Assembly (NCBI RefSeq): GCF_003918875.1
Contig: NW_025766558.1
Coordinates: 620,001-684,000, forward strand
Direction of reading: 5' to 3'
Length of the DNA stretch: 64,000 nt
Source of the DNA: Haliotis rubra
Taxonomy: Eukaryota
In this document: one piece after another, positions 52,429 to 64,000 of the stretch
How positions within the stretch are numbered: position 1 is the stretch's first letter
Layout of the letters: each line of letters begins with the position of its first letter
The notes under the pieces: generated by a model
Database searches by the model: none
Seen by the model: the letters and a program-made list of their open reading frames with translations, nothing else
What the model was told of the DNA's origin: nothing
Translations under genes and position numbers: made by a program

Positions 52429-53224
52429 ATAACACAGCTAGTGTGTTGTGTGCGTGTCTTCCCAGAAACGTTCTGAAACTGTATACACTTGTAATCTGTC
52501 GTCCTTGGTGTTTGTGCACTGGCGACAGTGTGTAGGAAGATACACCAGAGGCTCGAACTCAACTCAAGTCTGTGTGAGAAAGGGTCTCCGTTCACCTTTG
52601 AGCTTGTGGCGACGGAGCAGCTTATCGTACAGTATCGAATGAATGAATGAAAATAATATCGAATAATCGAGTCTGGACCAGACAATCCAGTGACTGATAT
52701 CACGAGCATCAATCTACACAATTGATAAACGTCGACATACATTAGCCAAGTAAGCGAGCTGACCCTGCTAGTCATGAAACATCCGCTAGTCGCCTCTTAC
52801 TGCAAGTATGAGTTGCAGACGACCTGTTCTAACCTGCTGATTTAACGACATTACGCTCTTACTTTATGTCTGACTGAACTATTACAGGTCTATGTTCCCT
52901 GGATTCAATATCCCGAGTTTTATTTTGGGTATTCCGCTCCAGTTAGAGCATTATATGCTCCTACTTACAACTCCACAGGTACATCACATTCATCCACCAC
53001 TGTCCACAACCCACTGATGGGGTCAACACGACGTCTCTCACCCAGCCAACGTATAGATTACATAAGCCGGGGGAATGGTATATATTTATTCATAGATATG
53101 CACAGTAAACGTCAACCCCTTGATTAAGGTAGGATTCAAGGTCAAGGTAATGCAAGAAATGTGCATGCCATGTCTCTGCTGACTAACGGTGTCTACTCTA
53201 CATCTGTAGACGGTGCATGTCCGT

Positions 53225-56200
53225 CTACTGTGCGTCTACACTGAATCTGTAGACGGTTGTCTGTCTGTAGGTCTCGCCGGGTCGGAGGATGGTGCTTGGG
53301 AAACTGGGCTGAAAGAACGAAACAACTGAATCATCCTAAGTGTTCGAAATAGAAGTAGAAATGTCAGAACAGACCAGAACAATCCAAAGAAAACTGACGA
53401 CCTGCAAAGAAGCGAGACTTGTTCAGCGTGAAACTGGTTCCAGCATCAGTAACGATGTACGGGGCTAGCAGATGGTGTGATGTACACTTGTCTGGGTCAT
53501 GCTGGGCTTCAGGACAGTTGAGTTAACTTACCTGACGTACACCTGTCTGGGTGATGCTGGGCTTCAAGACAGTTGAGTTAACTTACCTGATGTACACTTG
53601 TCTGGGTGATGCTGGGCTTCAAGACAGTTGAGTTAACTCACGTGATGTACACCTGTCTGGGTGATGCTGGGCTTCAAGACAGTTGAGTTAACTTACCTGA
53701 CGTACACCTGTCTGGGTGATGCTGGGCTTCAAAACAGTTGTGTTAACTCACCTGATGTACACTTGTCTGGGTGATGCTGGGCTTTAAGACAGTTGAGTTA
53801 ACTCACGTGATGTACACTTGTCTGGGTGATGCTGGGCTTCAAGACAGCCGAGTTAACTCACCTGATTCACACTGTCTGGGTGGTCCTGGGCTTCAAAACA
53901 GTTGAGTTAACTCACGTGATGTACACTTGTCTGGGTGATGCTGGGCTTCAAGACAGTTGTGTTAACTCACCTGGTTCACACTGTCTGGGTGATGCTGGGC
54001 TTCAAGACAGTTGAGTTAACTCACCTGATTTACACCTGTCTGGGTGGATGCAGTTGGGCTTAACTCACCTGATGTACACAGTTGAGTTAACTCACGTGAT
54101 GTACACTTGTCTGGGTGATGCTGGGCTTCAAGACAGCCGAGTTAACTCACTTGTCTGGGTTCACACTTGTCTGGGTGATGCTGGGCTTCAAGACAGTTGA
54201 GTTAACTCACGTGATGTACACTTGTCTGGGTGATGCTGGGCTTCACACTGTCTGGGTGATGTCTGGGTGATGGGCTTCAAGACAGTTGAGTTAACTCACT
54301 GTCTGGATGCTACAGTTGAGTTAACTGTCTGTCTGGGTGATGCTGGGCTTCAAGACAGTTGAGTTAACTCACGTGATGTACACACTTGTCTGGGTGATGC
54401 TGGGCTTCAACTGACAGGTGATGTTAACAGTTGAGTTAACCTGGGCTTCAAGACGGTTGATTACTCACTTGTCTGGGTCATGCTGGGCTTGCTGAGTTAA
54501 CTCACGGGATGTACACTTGTCTGGGTGATGCTGGGCTTCAAGACAGTTGAGTTAACTCACGTGATGTACACTTGTCTGGGTGATGCTGGGCTTCAAGACA
54601 GTTGAGTTAACTCACCTGATTCACACACGGGGTGATGCTGGGCTTCAAAACAGTTGTCTGGGGTGATGCTGGGCTTCAAGACAGTTGTGTTAACTCACGT
54701 GATTCACACTGTCTGGGTGATGCTGGGCTTCAAGACAGTTGAGTTAACTCACCTGATTCACACTGTCTGGGTGATGCTGGGCTTCAAGACAGTTGAGTTA
54801 ACTCACGTGATTCACTGTCTGGGTGATGCTGGGCTTCAAGACAGTTGTGTTAACTCACCTGATTCACACTGTCTGGGTGATGCTGGGCTTCAAGACAGTT
54901 GAGTTAACTCACGTGATTCACACTGTCTGGGTGATGCTGGGCTTCCAGACAGTTGTGTTAACTCACCTGATTCACACTGTCTGGGTGATGCTGGGCTTCA
55001 AGACAGTTGAGTTAACTCACCTGATTCACACTGTCTGGGTGATGCTGGGCTTCCAGACAGTTGTGTTAACTCACCTGATTCACACTGTCTGGGTGATGCT
55101 GGGCTTCCAGACAGTTGTGTTAACTCACCTGATTCACACTGTCTGGGTAATGCTGGTTAGACAGTTGAGTTAACTCACCTGATTCACACTGTCTGGGTGA
55201 TGCTGGGCTTCAAGACAGTTGAGTTAACTCACCTGATTCACACTGTCTGGGTGATGCTGGGCTTCAAGACAGTTGAGTTAACTCACCTGATTCACACTGT
55301 CTGGGTGATGCTGGGCTTCAAGACAGTTGAGTTAACTCACCTGATTCACACTGTCTGGGTGATGCTGGGCTTCCAGACAGTTGAGTTAACTAACTCACCT
55401 GATTCACACTGTCTGGGTGATGCTGGGCTTCCAGACAGTTGAGTTAACTCACCTGATTCACACTGTCTGGGTGATGCTGGGCTTCCAGACAGTTGAGTTA
55501 ACTCACCTGATTCACACTGTCTTGGTGATGCTGGGCTTCCAGACAGTTGAGTTAACTCACCTGATTCACACTGTCTGGGTGATGCTGGGCTTCCAGACAG
55601 TTGAGTTAACTCACCTGATTCACACTGTCTGGGTGATGCTGGGCTTCAAGACAAAATGCTCCAAATTTCGCGTAGGTGACACCACCTTTGCCCTTTACAT
55701 CGAGATAGTAGCTTGTGTAGAACATCACGGAGGGTTCTGTTGTTGACATTTCAAGTACACGTCCTGATGGCGGGTGCTCCACTCTGTTAAACGAGAAGCA
55801 GCAGGTCAAGCATAGTTGGACGCAGCTACGGCGTTACGACCTCAACCTCATCAACATCATCAACCTCATCAACATCAGCTGACACACCGACAAGTCCTCG
55901 GGTTCCTGAGGCTCGGCTGTTTGTTTCGACTGGTTCATACTCCTTACTTACAACCTCCATGGATACAGCTACAGTATCACTGACATACAACACTCATTCA
56001 CTCATCACGGGGCAATATGTACAGGAATCTGTATACACAGGGGTGTGCAGTCCCAAACTCTTACCCTATGACATGACCTAGAAACAATCCTGTCTTCATT
56101 TTACCATTTACCATTCTATTACACAAGAAGCACGCGTCCATCAATATAAGAGGTTGTGTAGATGACCCAGTATCAGGGGAACAGACATGCCACGCCCACC

Positions 56201-59200
56201 TTGCTACATGTTTCAGGTTCCCCGACTCCTTCAGGTTATAGCTGACAGTATAACCTTTCCCGCCCGGAACTGACGTCATGTGATCTCCCAGCCGTATCGG
56301 GCTGCGCAGGTCGAGAGGAGTTCCAGTAACATCTCTTAGTTCACCTTCAAGAAGCGGAAACCTATCAGACAATTACACATGTTGATTCAAAACCAGCAAC
56401 ACCAACCTTGTAATACAAACCAATAATAGCGATATGAATCTGTGATCGTTTGTTAAACGTTTATCCTAAGTTTAATAAAATTCTGAGATTTATATGTTCA
56501 CCTGACAAGGCAAGATTATTAGGATTCGCAATCTTAATTTCACTTTTGTTTACTTTATTGTTTAAAGTGAAATTCATCGGTACGTTTTCACTGCAAACAG
56601 ACTATAGCTACCATACAGTAATCACATGTTGGCAACCACGCCCTGCAGATCAGCTGGGTTGTTGTTACTTCATCACTGTTACATCAACTGATCCCAGTAG
56701 TCACCTCACCTGTAGGTATGAAGGCGTCGTCAAGGACGGCGTATGCATCAGAGTTGATACTGACCACGTGGTCGTCAATGTGGCCTGCAGACTGACGGGA
56801 AAAGGGAGGTAAGTTTACTTTTGTTTTCCATCAGTGATTACCCCAAGGCAGGGAGGGTTGTGTGGTGGGTGTGGAATACCGTGGATACCGCATGGGTTGG
56901 TAGTTGTATCAATATCAATATTTAGTAAATGCCTGTTCACTTCTGTTATTCGCTATTATTTTATATATAAAAGAAATTGGTAAAATGAACTTGATTTCTT
57001 TTCCATTTTTGAATATCAGTGGCCTTTTACAATGACTACTCTTCGACTGTGGAGACTGGGTATTTAGTGACGGGACTGCAGCACGGGAAATCTTACATGT
57101 CCGGCCATGTTGAAGTAGGCGTGGTTTGTCAGGTTGATGGGCGTGGCTTTCGTGGTGTTAGCCTCGTACTGAATGAACAGTTGATTGTCATCTGTCAGCT
57201 CGTACGTCACAGTTGTCGTCACCTCACCCGGGAAACCCTCCTCGCCATCGTCGCTGACGTATCTCAGTTGAAGCTTCTTGCCGTCCACAACATTGGCATT
57301 CCAGACGACTTGGCTGAAGCCCTTTTCGCCGCCGTGTATGAAGTTGGACCCGTGATTGGCTGCCAGGTTATAAGTGTTACCATCCAATGAGAATTTAGCT
57401 CCTGCTATACGATTAGCCACTCGTCCAATGACAGTGCCGATGTAGGGTTTGTTGTCTTGGTAACCTGGTGATGGGAATAGGACATCCTATCATTATCTAG
57501 GAACAGAGAATACAATAAGAATAAGAAGAAGAGTGGATAACGTTGCACTTGTTGTTTTCTGGTGTTCATAGCGTGTTTGTATTCGTTATACTATGATTGA
57601 ATTATTGGTTTTACAGAGCGATAGCAAGTCGTTTGGACAATACACAACATGCAAAACAGCCTGGAAATATTTAAGATTGGACCAGAAGAAAACGGTGAAT
57701 GATATTATGAGTACTTCATCTGGTAAAATGGGATGCTAGCAACCAAGCCGCCAAATCTAACCACCAGACATATCTATGACAAGTACAGGTTGTTGGTAAG
57801 AAGTTGTAACTTGGAATCCACACTGGGCGACTTAGTAACACTTATCTCCAGTGACATCTTCTGTACTTTACAACAGCTGTGCTATTTATTTTAAAACTGC
57901 AACACCTGTTTTGGTCATGCGTCATATAAGCTTCGGTCCAGTGTTGACAGATTGAGAAGGTCTTATCCACCGCCATAGTGTGGGTGGACAGGGTGTTCCG
58001 GGGCACGTGTCACAACCCACCCGACCAAGGTCCTGATTCCTGGCATATTCCAATATGGAAATATCTATATGAATCGCAAGTGTGTAAAGCGCATGCGCAC
58101 AACTCGTTATTACTTTCATTCAGTACAATATATGACATTACTATGGAAAACATTTCAGTTCCTACTAGACACGTGTATGTATTCTGAGGTGTATGTCCCT
58201 CTTTCGCACCAGATACCAGATTTGCTGATGTTACAGTGAGTGAGTGAGTGAGTACGGTTTACGCCGCTTTCAGCAATATTCCAGCAATATCACGGAGAGG
58301 GACACCAGAAATGGACTTCACACATTGTACCCATGGGGAATCGAACCCAGGTCTCGGCGTGACGAGCGGACGCTTTAACCACGAGGCTACCCCAGCGGCC
58401 CGCTGATCTTACAGACTTTATTGCGGACAACTTCCACGATCTGGACAAAGACATGGTTATCGTTGGATGCATAAAAAATGTATCCAATGCGGTTTAATCG
58501 TGAAACAGGATAGTGTACGTTCGTTGCTAATAGTGTTGGACCCGGATGGCGTTGAATTTCGCTCAAGACACCGTCTTCATCGACGTGTTTATTCTTCAAC
58601 TTCCTGTGTTGTTAAAACATGTTAAATAAACTACAACACACATACGTATACATAAGGGATTGAAACGGAGGAAGTAAAACGGGGAACATGGTATTTTAGT
58701 AAGAAATAAAGTCGGTACATGTGCTATACGTGCACATACTAATGGATCAAATAAATAAGGCGGCTTTTATATGATATTGTACAGAATTAAACTCAATACA
58801 TCAGACATCAGTTTTATAATTAAGTATAACACTCAACGTTTACATTTTTCATGGTCATGTAATACTATATATTCATAATAAAGCCGTAGCACAAAACAAG
58901 GTATCCAAGCTTTATGCTAGTGTTCATAATACGTTGTACCAATATTAGAAGTCATCATAAACACCTATAGTTAACTCCGACTTTGCATCGTTTGAAATCT
59001 TCCAAAAAGGATAGAAGTTTGTACATTTTAGCCATCAGTCAAGCAAACGTGCGTTCCATTAATGCCATTAAATGCTAAACACGAAGTTGAGCGCTCAAGA
59101 TACTAACTTGTGCGCTCAAGATATTAACTTGTGCGCACAAGATACTAACTTGTGCGCTCAAGATATTAACTTGTGCGCTCAACATACTAACTTGTGCGCT

Positions 59201-60898
59201 CAAGATGTTAACTTGTGCGCTCAACATACTAATCAGGTCCCTTCATTCAACATATTTAATCTGTTGCGTAAAATCCGTATTCTGGCCACGGGGTATCTTG
59301 GTCGGAGTCTCCCGGGTTCTACATAAAGTAAAAGGGATTACCTTTCAGTGTTGAGTAGCAGGGGTTAGAGCTTCTTGATAGGGCAAATCGCGTACCTTAG
59401 TTGTGCTGAATGTAATGTGGGGTTATAATCCTCATATAGGGAACACTCAATATAGTCTTAACTATCCGAGAAATAGTCGTGTATAGAGATAGTCGTGTAT
59501 AGAGATAGTCGTGTATAGAGATAGTCGTGTATAGAGATAGTCGTGTATAGAGATAGTCGTGTATAGAGATACTCGTGTATAGAGATAGTCGTGTATAGAG
59601 ATAGTCGTGTATAGAGATACTCGTGTATAGAGATAGTCGTGTATAGAGATAGTCGTGTATAGAGATAGTCGTGCATAGAGATAGTCGTGTATAGAGATAC
59701 TCGTGTATAGAGATACTCGTGTATAGGGATAGTATAGAGATACTCGTGTATAGAGATACTCGTGTATAGAGATACTCGTGTATAGAGATAGTCGTGTATA
59801 GAGATAGTCGTGTATAGAGATACTCGTGCATAGAGATACTCGTGTATAGGGATAGTATAGAGATACTCGTGTATAGAGATAGTCGTGTATAGAGATACTC
59901 GTGTATAGAGATACTCGTGTATAGGGATAGTATAGAGATACTCGTGTATAGAGATACTCGTGTATAGAGATAGTCGTGTATAGAGATAGTCGTGCATAGA
60001 GATAGTCGTGCATAGAGATAGTCGTGTATAGAGATACTCGTGTATAGAGATAGTCGTATATAGAGATAGTCGTGCATAGAGATAGTCGTGCATAGAGATA
60101 GTCGTGCATAGAGATAGTCGTGCATAGAGATAGTCGTGCATAGAGATAGTCGTGCATAGAGATAGTCGTGTATAGAGATAGTCGTGTATAGAGATACTCG
60201 TGTATAGAAATAGTCGTGTATAGAGATACTCGTGTATAGAGATAGTCGTGTATAGAGGTATAGAGATAGTCGTGTATAGAGATACTCGTGTATAGAGATA
60301 GTCGTGTATAGAGATAGTCGTGTATAGAGATAGTCGTGCATAAGTCGTGTATAGAGATAGTCGTGTATAGAGATAGTCGTGTATAGAGATAGTCGTGTAT
60401 AGAGATACTCGTGTACTTTCATTATAGCAGTGGGAGCTGGCGTATGTTCCGTGTCGGCGGACGTCTTCAGGTCAAGGCCAGGGGCAGTATAGATTACGTT
60501 CGCAGCTGAGGTGAAAGGTCACATGTGCCGTCTTCACGGGCAAGGGGCCTTATAGACTAGTGTATTCGAAAATATTCACTCGAGGGAATAAAGTTGGATC
60601 ACGGTTGGATGAATGTCTAACTGACAAACAAAGCAGGCATCCATTGACGTGTATCTCAGCTTTAGTGACAATACATATTAGAAAACTCCACCGAGTGCAT
60701 GCAGCTACGCCAGTATTATGCAATACGTGTTCGATACAAATGTCTGATACTTGTGATATATTGTACCAGCAGGTGTAAATCTTCTGTGTGTACGAACAAG
60801 AAATGTGAGCCACAGCCGTGACAGAGTGGGTTTATCTACCTGCTGACATGTTCTCCGGTCTTCGTCACCCCAAACTCCTCCTCTGTGATAGAAGCCAT
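53225..60898 (-). CDS. GALM: GALM-like copy B; exon 1 60898-60840 (duplicate at 63401-63343), canonical exon 2 not found, exons 57464-57097, 56791-56710, 56344-56200, 55783-55615, 53308-53225
   Basis: Exons 3-7 intact and in phase ([37 protein letters not shown]); no NYGA/LGFDD exon seen between 57465 and 63343. Confidence 0.8.
53477..55653 (-). repeat. 54-55 bp exon-6-end/donor minisatellite of GALM-B, about 40 copies
   Basis: Same unit family as 42946-46216. Confidence 0.95.
58237..58401 (-). mobile_element. tRNA-derived SINE, same family as 23555
   Basis: A/B boxes on the minus strand, (TCAC)n tail, TSD gctgat[g/c]ttacag. Confidence 0.8.
59090..59232. repeat. 21 bp tandem repeat (aacttgtgcgctcaagatact)
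   Basis: About 6-7 units. Confidence 0.85.
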
Positions 60899-61231
60899 TG
60901 CAAGGTGATCACTCTTTGCTATCTAATACACGCCGCTCAGTGATTGCCTCCCTTTGGGTATAAACCAGGCCAGTATGTGTCCAATGTATGTAAAACCACA
61001 AAAACAAGATCAAAACCGTAAAAAGAAGTAGTAATGTTTTGCTCAGATCACCTTGCAGAACGAGTCCTGGTGACACAGTGACCTATTTAGGTGGTTGACA
61101 CGACATGCTCCGTTTCTGTTTCTACCGTTTCTGTTTCTATAAACAATAAATATATTAGGCAACGCCCACTAACAGAGTACTGTATTCTGATTGGCTGATA
61201 CGAGAATGAGCAGGGTTTGTGAATTTCGTAG

Positions 61232-61345
61232 AGGGTAATAATGTCCGAGTAACTCTCCATTCCTAAAAAATAATGGAGCCGAGGCCCCGGAGGGGCCGAG
61301 GCATATTATTTTTTAAGGAATGGAGAGTTACGAGGATATTACCCT
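61232..61345. mobile_element. Long hairpin, probably part of a non-autonomous DNA element
   Basis: agggtaat..gtaactctccattcctaaaaaataat / attattttttaaggaatggagagttac..attaccct; a second small hairpin at 61443-61468. Confidence 0.55.
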
Positions 61346-63342
61346 ACTTAAATCACATTCGAAGTATTGGGAATATTTCTCTTATCAAAATTAAATGTCA
61401 AAATGACAAAATGAAGGTTTTATTTTGAAACTGGTACACATCGCTCCATTCCTGAAAAGTAATGGAGCGAACAGACAATGGAATGACGTCACAAATGTAA
61501 TTTAAATTTCCTACTCGTGTCCTCGGGTTTTGTGGTAGTTATTGCATTTGCAATCGGAGAAGTTATTATTTTTACAGTACTATAAGAATTGACTTCAGTG
61601 TTGTTTTTGCTGTAATGCAGTTAATAACGTTAAAAACCGCTACACGTACGCGCAACTTTCACTCCAGTTTTCACGTTTATATTTATGCCAAAACAGTTTT
61701 GCCATGTACTCTGTGTATGTACTTCTATATTTGGCAGCATATATTCCGTATTCTGGCCACGGGGTATCTTGGTCGGAGTCTCCCGGGTTCTACATAAAGT
61801 AAAAGGGATTACCTTTCAGTGTTGAGTAGCAGGGGTTAGAGCTTCTTGATAGGGCAAATCGCGTACCTTAGTTGTGCTGAATGTAATGTGGGGTTATAAT
61901 CCTCATATAGGGAACACTCAATATAGTCTTAACTATCCGAGAAATAGTCGTGTATAGAGATAGTCGTGTATAGAGATAGTCGTGTATAGAGATAGTCGTG
62001 TATAGAGATAGTCGTGTATAGAGATAGTCGTGTATAGAGATACTCGTGTATAGAGATAGTCGTGTATAGAGATACTCGTGTATAGAGATAGTCGTGTATA
62101 GAGATAGTCGTGTATAGAGATAGTCGTGCATAGAGATAGTCGTGTATAGAGATACTCGTGTATAGAGATACTCGTGTATAGGGATAGTATAGAGATACTC
62201 GTGTATAGAGATACTCGTGTATAGAGATACTCGTGTATAGAGATAGTCGTGTATAGAGATAGTCGTGCATAGAGATACTCGTGCATAGAGATACTCGTGT
62301 ATAGGGATAGTATAGAGATACTCGTGTATAGAGATAGTCGTGTATAGAGATACTCGTGTATAGAGATACTCGTGTATAGGGATAGTATAGAGATACTCGT
62401 GTATAGAGATACTCGTGTATAGAGATAGTCGTGCATAGAGATAGTCGTGCATAGAGATACTCGTGCATAGAGATACTCGTGCATAGAGATAGTCGTGTAT
62501 AGAGATACTCGTGTATAGAGATAGTCGTATATAGAGATAGTCGTGCATAGAGATAGTCGTGCATAGAGATAGTCGTGCATAGAGATAGTCGTGCATAGAG
62601 ATAGTCGTGCATAGAGATACTCGCGCATAGAGATAGTCGTGCATAGAGATAGTCGTGTATAGAGATAGTCGTGTATAGAGATACTCGTGTATAGAAATAG
62701 TCGTGTATAGAGATACTCGTGTATAGAGATAGTCGTGTATAGAGGTATAGAGATAGTCGTGTATAGAGATACTCGTGTATAGAGATAGTCGTGTATAGAG
62801 ATAGTCGTGTATAGAGATAGTCGTGCATAAGTCGTGTATAGAGATAGTCGTGTATAGAGATAGTCGTGTATAGAGATAGTCGTGTATAGAGATAGTCGTG
62901 TATAGAGATACTCGTGTACTTTCATTATAGCAGTGGGAGCTGGCGTATGTTCCGTGTCGGCGGACGTCTTCAGGTCAAGGCCAGGGGCAGTATAGATTAC
63001 GTTCGCAGCTGAGGTGAAAGGTCACATGTGCCGTCTTCACGGGCAAGGGGCCTTATAGACTAGTGTATTCGAAAATATTCACTCGAGGGAATAAAGTTGG
63101 ATCACGGTTGGATGAATGTCTAACTGACAAACAAAGCAGGCATCCATTGACGTGTATCTCAGCTTTAGTGACAATACATATTAGAAAACTCCACCGAGTG
63201 CATGCAGCTACGCCAGTATTATGCAATACGTGTTCGATACAAATGTCTGATACTTGTGATATATTGTACCAGCAGGTGTAAATCTTCTGTGTGTACGAAC
63301 AAGAAATGTGAGCCACAGCCGTGACAGAGTGGGTTTATCTAC

Positions 63343-63401
63343 CTGCTGACATGTTCTCCGGTCTTCGTCACCCCAAACTCCTCCTCTGTGATAGAAGCCA
63401 T
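63343..63401 (-). CDS. GALM: Second copy of GALM-B exon 1
   Basis: Identical to 60840-60898, including the donor. Confidence 0.7.
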
Positions 63402-64000
63402 TGCAAGGTGATCACTCTTTGCTATCTAATACACGCCGCTCAGTGATTGCCTCCCTTTGGGTATAAACCAGGCCAGTATGTGTCCAATGTATGTAAAACC
63501 ACAAAAACAAGATCAAAACCGTAAAAAGAAGTAGTAATGTTTTGCTCAGATCACCTTGCAGAACGAGTCCTGGTGACACAGTGACCTATTTAGGTGGTTG
63601 ACACGACATGCTCCAGGTACTGGGGTACAAACCAGGCGCAATCCCCGCATGGTTAAATGGCCGTCCTGCATTGACACAACTACAAGGGTGCTATACAGAA
63701 ATATATTTATTACAATTATGCGATGATACAACACTAACACTCCCAAATTCGCACATTCGTGATCACTTAATCTTATACCATCCCGAATATTAACAGGCTT
63801 AAAACATGTCTGATTGTGTAATGAGATACCAGTGTCATTTTACACCCAAAAGAGATACAGATCATCGCTCAATGAAAGTGTCGTTTATCCGTAACCATGG
63901 AAACAACGTCTCTGGATGTTTACGCTCCAGACAGATCTATGACGTCATGACTCCAAACCGATAGGTGGTGCTCTGGCGGTACAGGGCGCAGGATGGTGTT

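Larger units (their letters stand above)
59275..63614. repeat. Near-identical direct duplication 59275-61111 / 61745-63614 containing a 16 bp satellite (tagtcgtgtatagaga) and GALM-B exon 1
   Basis: Collinear identity from tccgtattctggccacgggg to gacacgacatgctcc; unique 633 bp spacer between the copies. Confidence 0.93.

Noticed and set aside
1401-55653. Regular short repeats resembling CRISPR arrays
   Set aside because: Head-to-tail units without unique spacers, eukaryotic context, no cas genes
59397-62925. 227-341 aa Y/T/S/L-rich ORFs
   Set aside because: Translations of the 16-bp satellite in all three frames

Overview
Animal genomic DNA, GT-AG introns, very rich in minisatellites, with one 209-N gap. 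The tRNA-derived SINEs with (GTGA)n tails suggest a mollusc, possibly an abalone-like gastropod (inference). Genes I could reconstruct by hand: (1) the first coding exon of a minus-strand gene leaving the left edge; (2) three minus-strand, single-coding-exon CARD + coiled-coil genes, two of them in a 7-8.6 kb tandem duplication; (3) a plus-strand 3-exon gene missed by the ORF track, encoding signal peptide + Ig-like domain + S/T/P stalk + GPI-type tail, with one homopolymer frameshift; (4) two tandem minus-strand galactose mutarotase (GALM-like) genes: copy A complete (7 exons, 348 aa), copy B without a recognisable exon 2 and with exon 1 duplicated. Also a decayed Tc1 transposase, a non-LTR RT fragment, SINEs with TSDs and an IS3EU-like MITE. 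The most striking pattern: several minisatellites are built from the last 17-39 nt of a real exon plus its 5' splice site, so the donor is repeated about 13-60 times directly behind the true donor. This occurs in both GALM copies and both introns of the Ig-like gene, with further candidates elsewhere. Most long ORFs in the track are repeat artefacts. All coordinates were read by hand.
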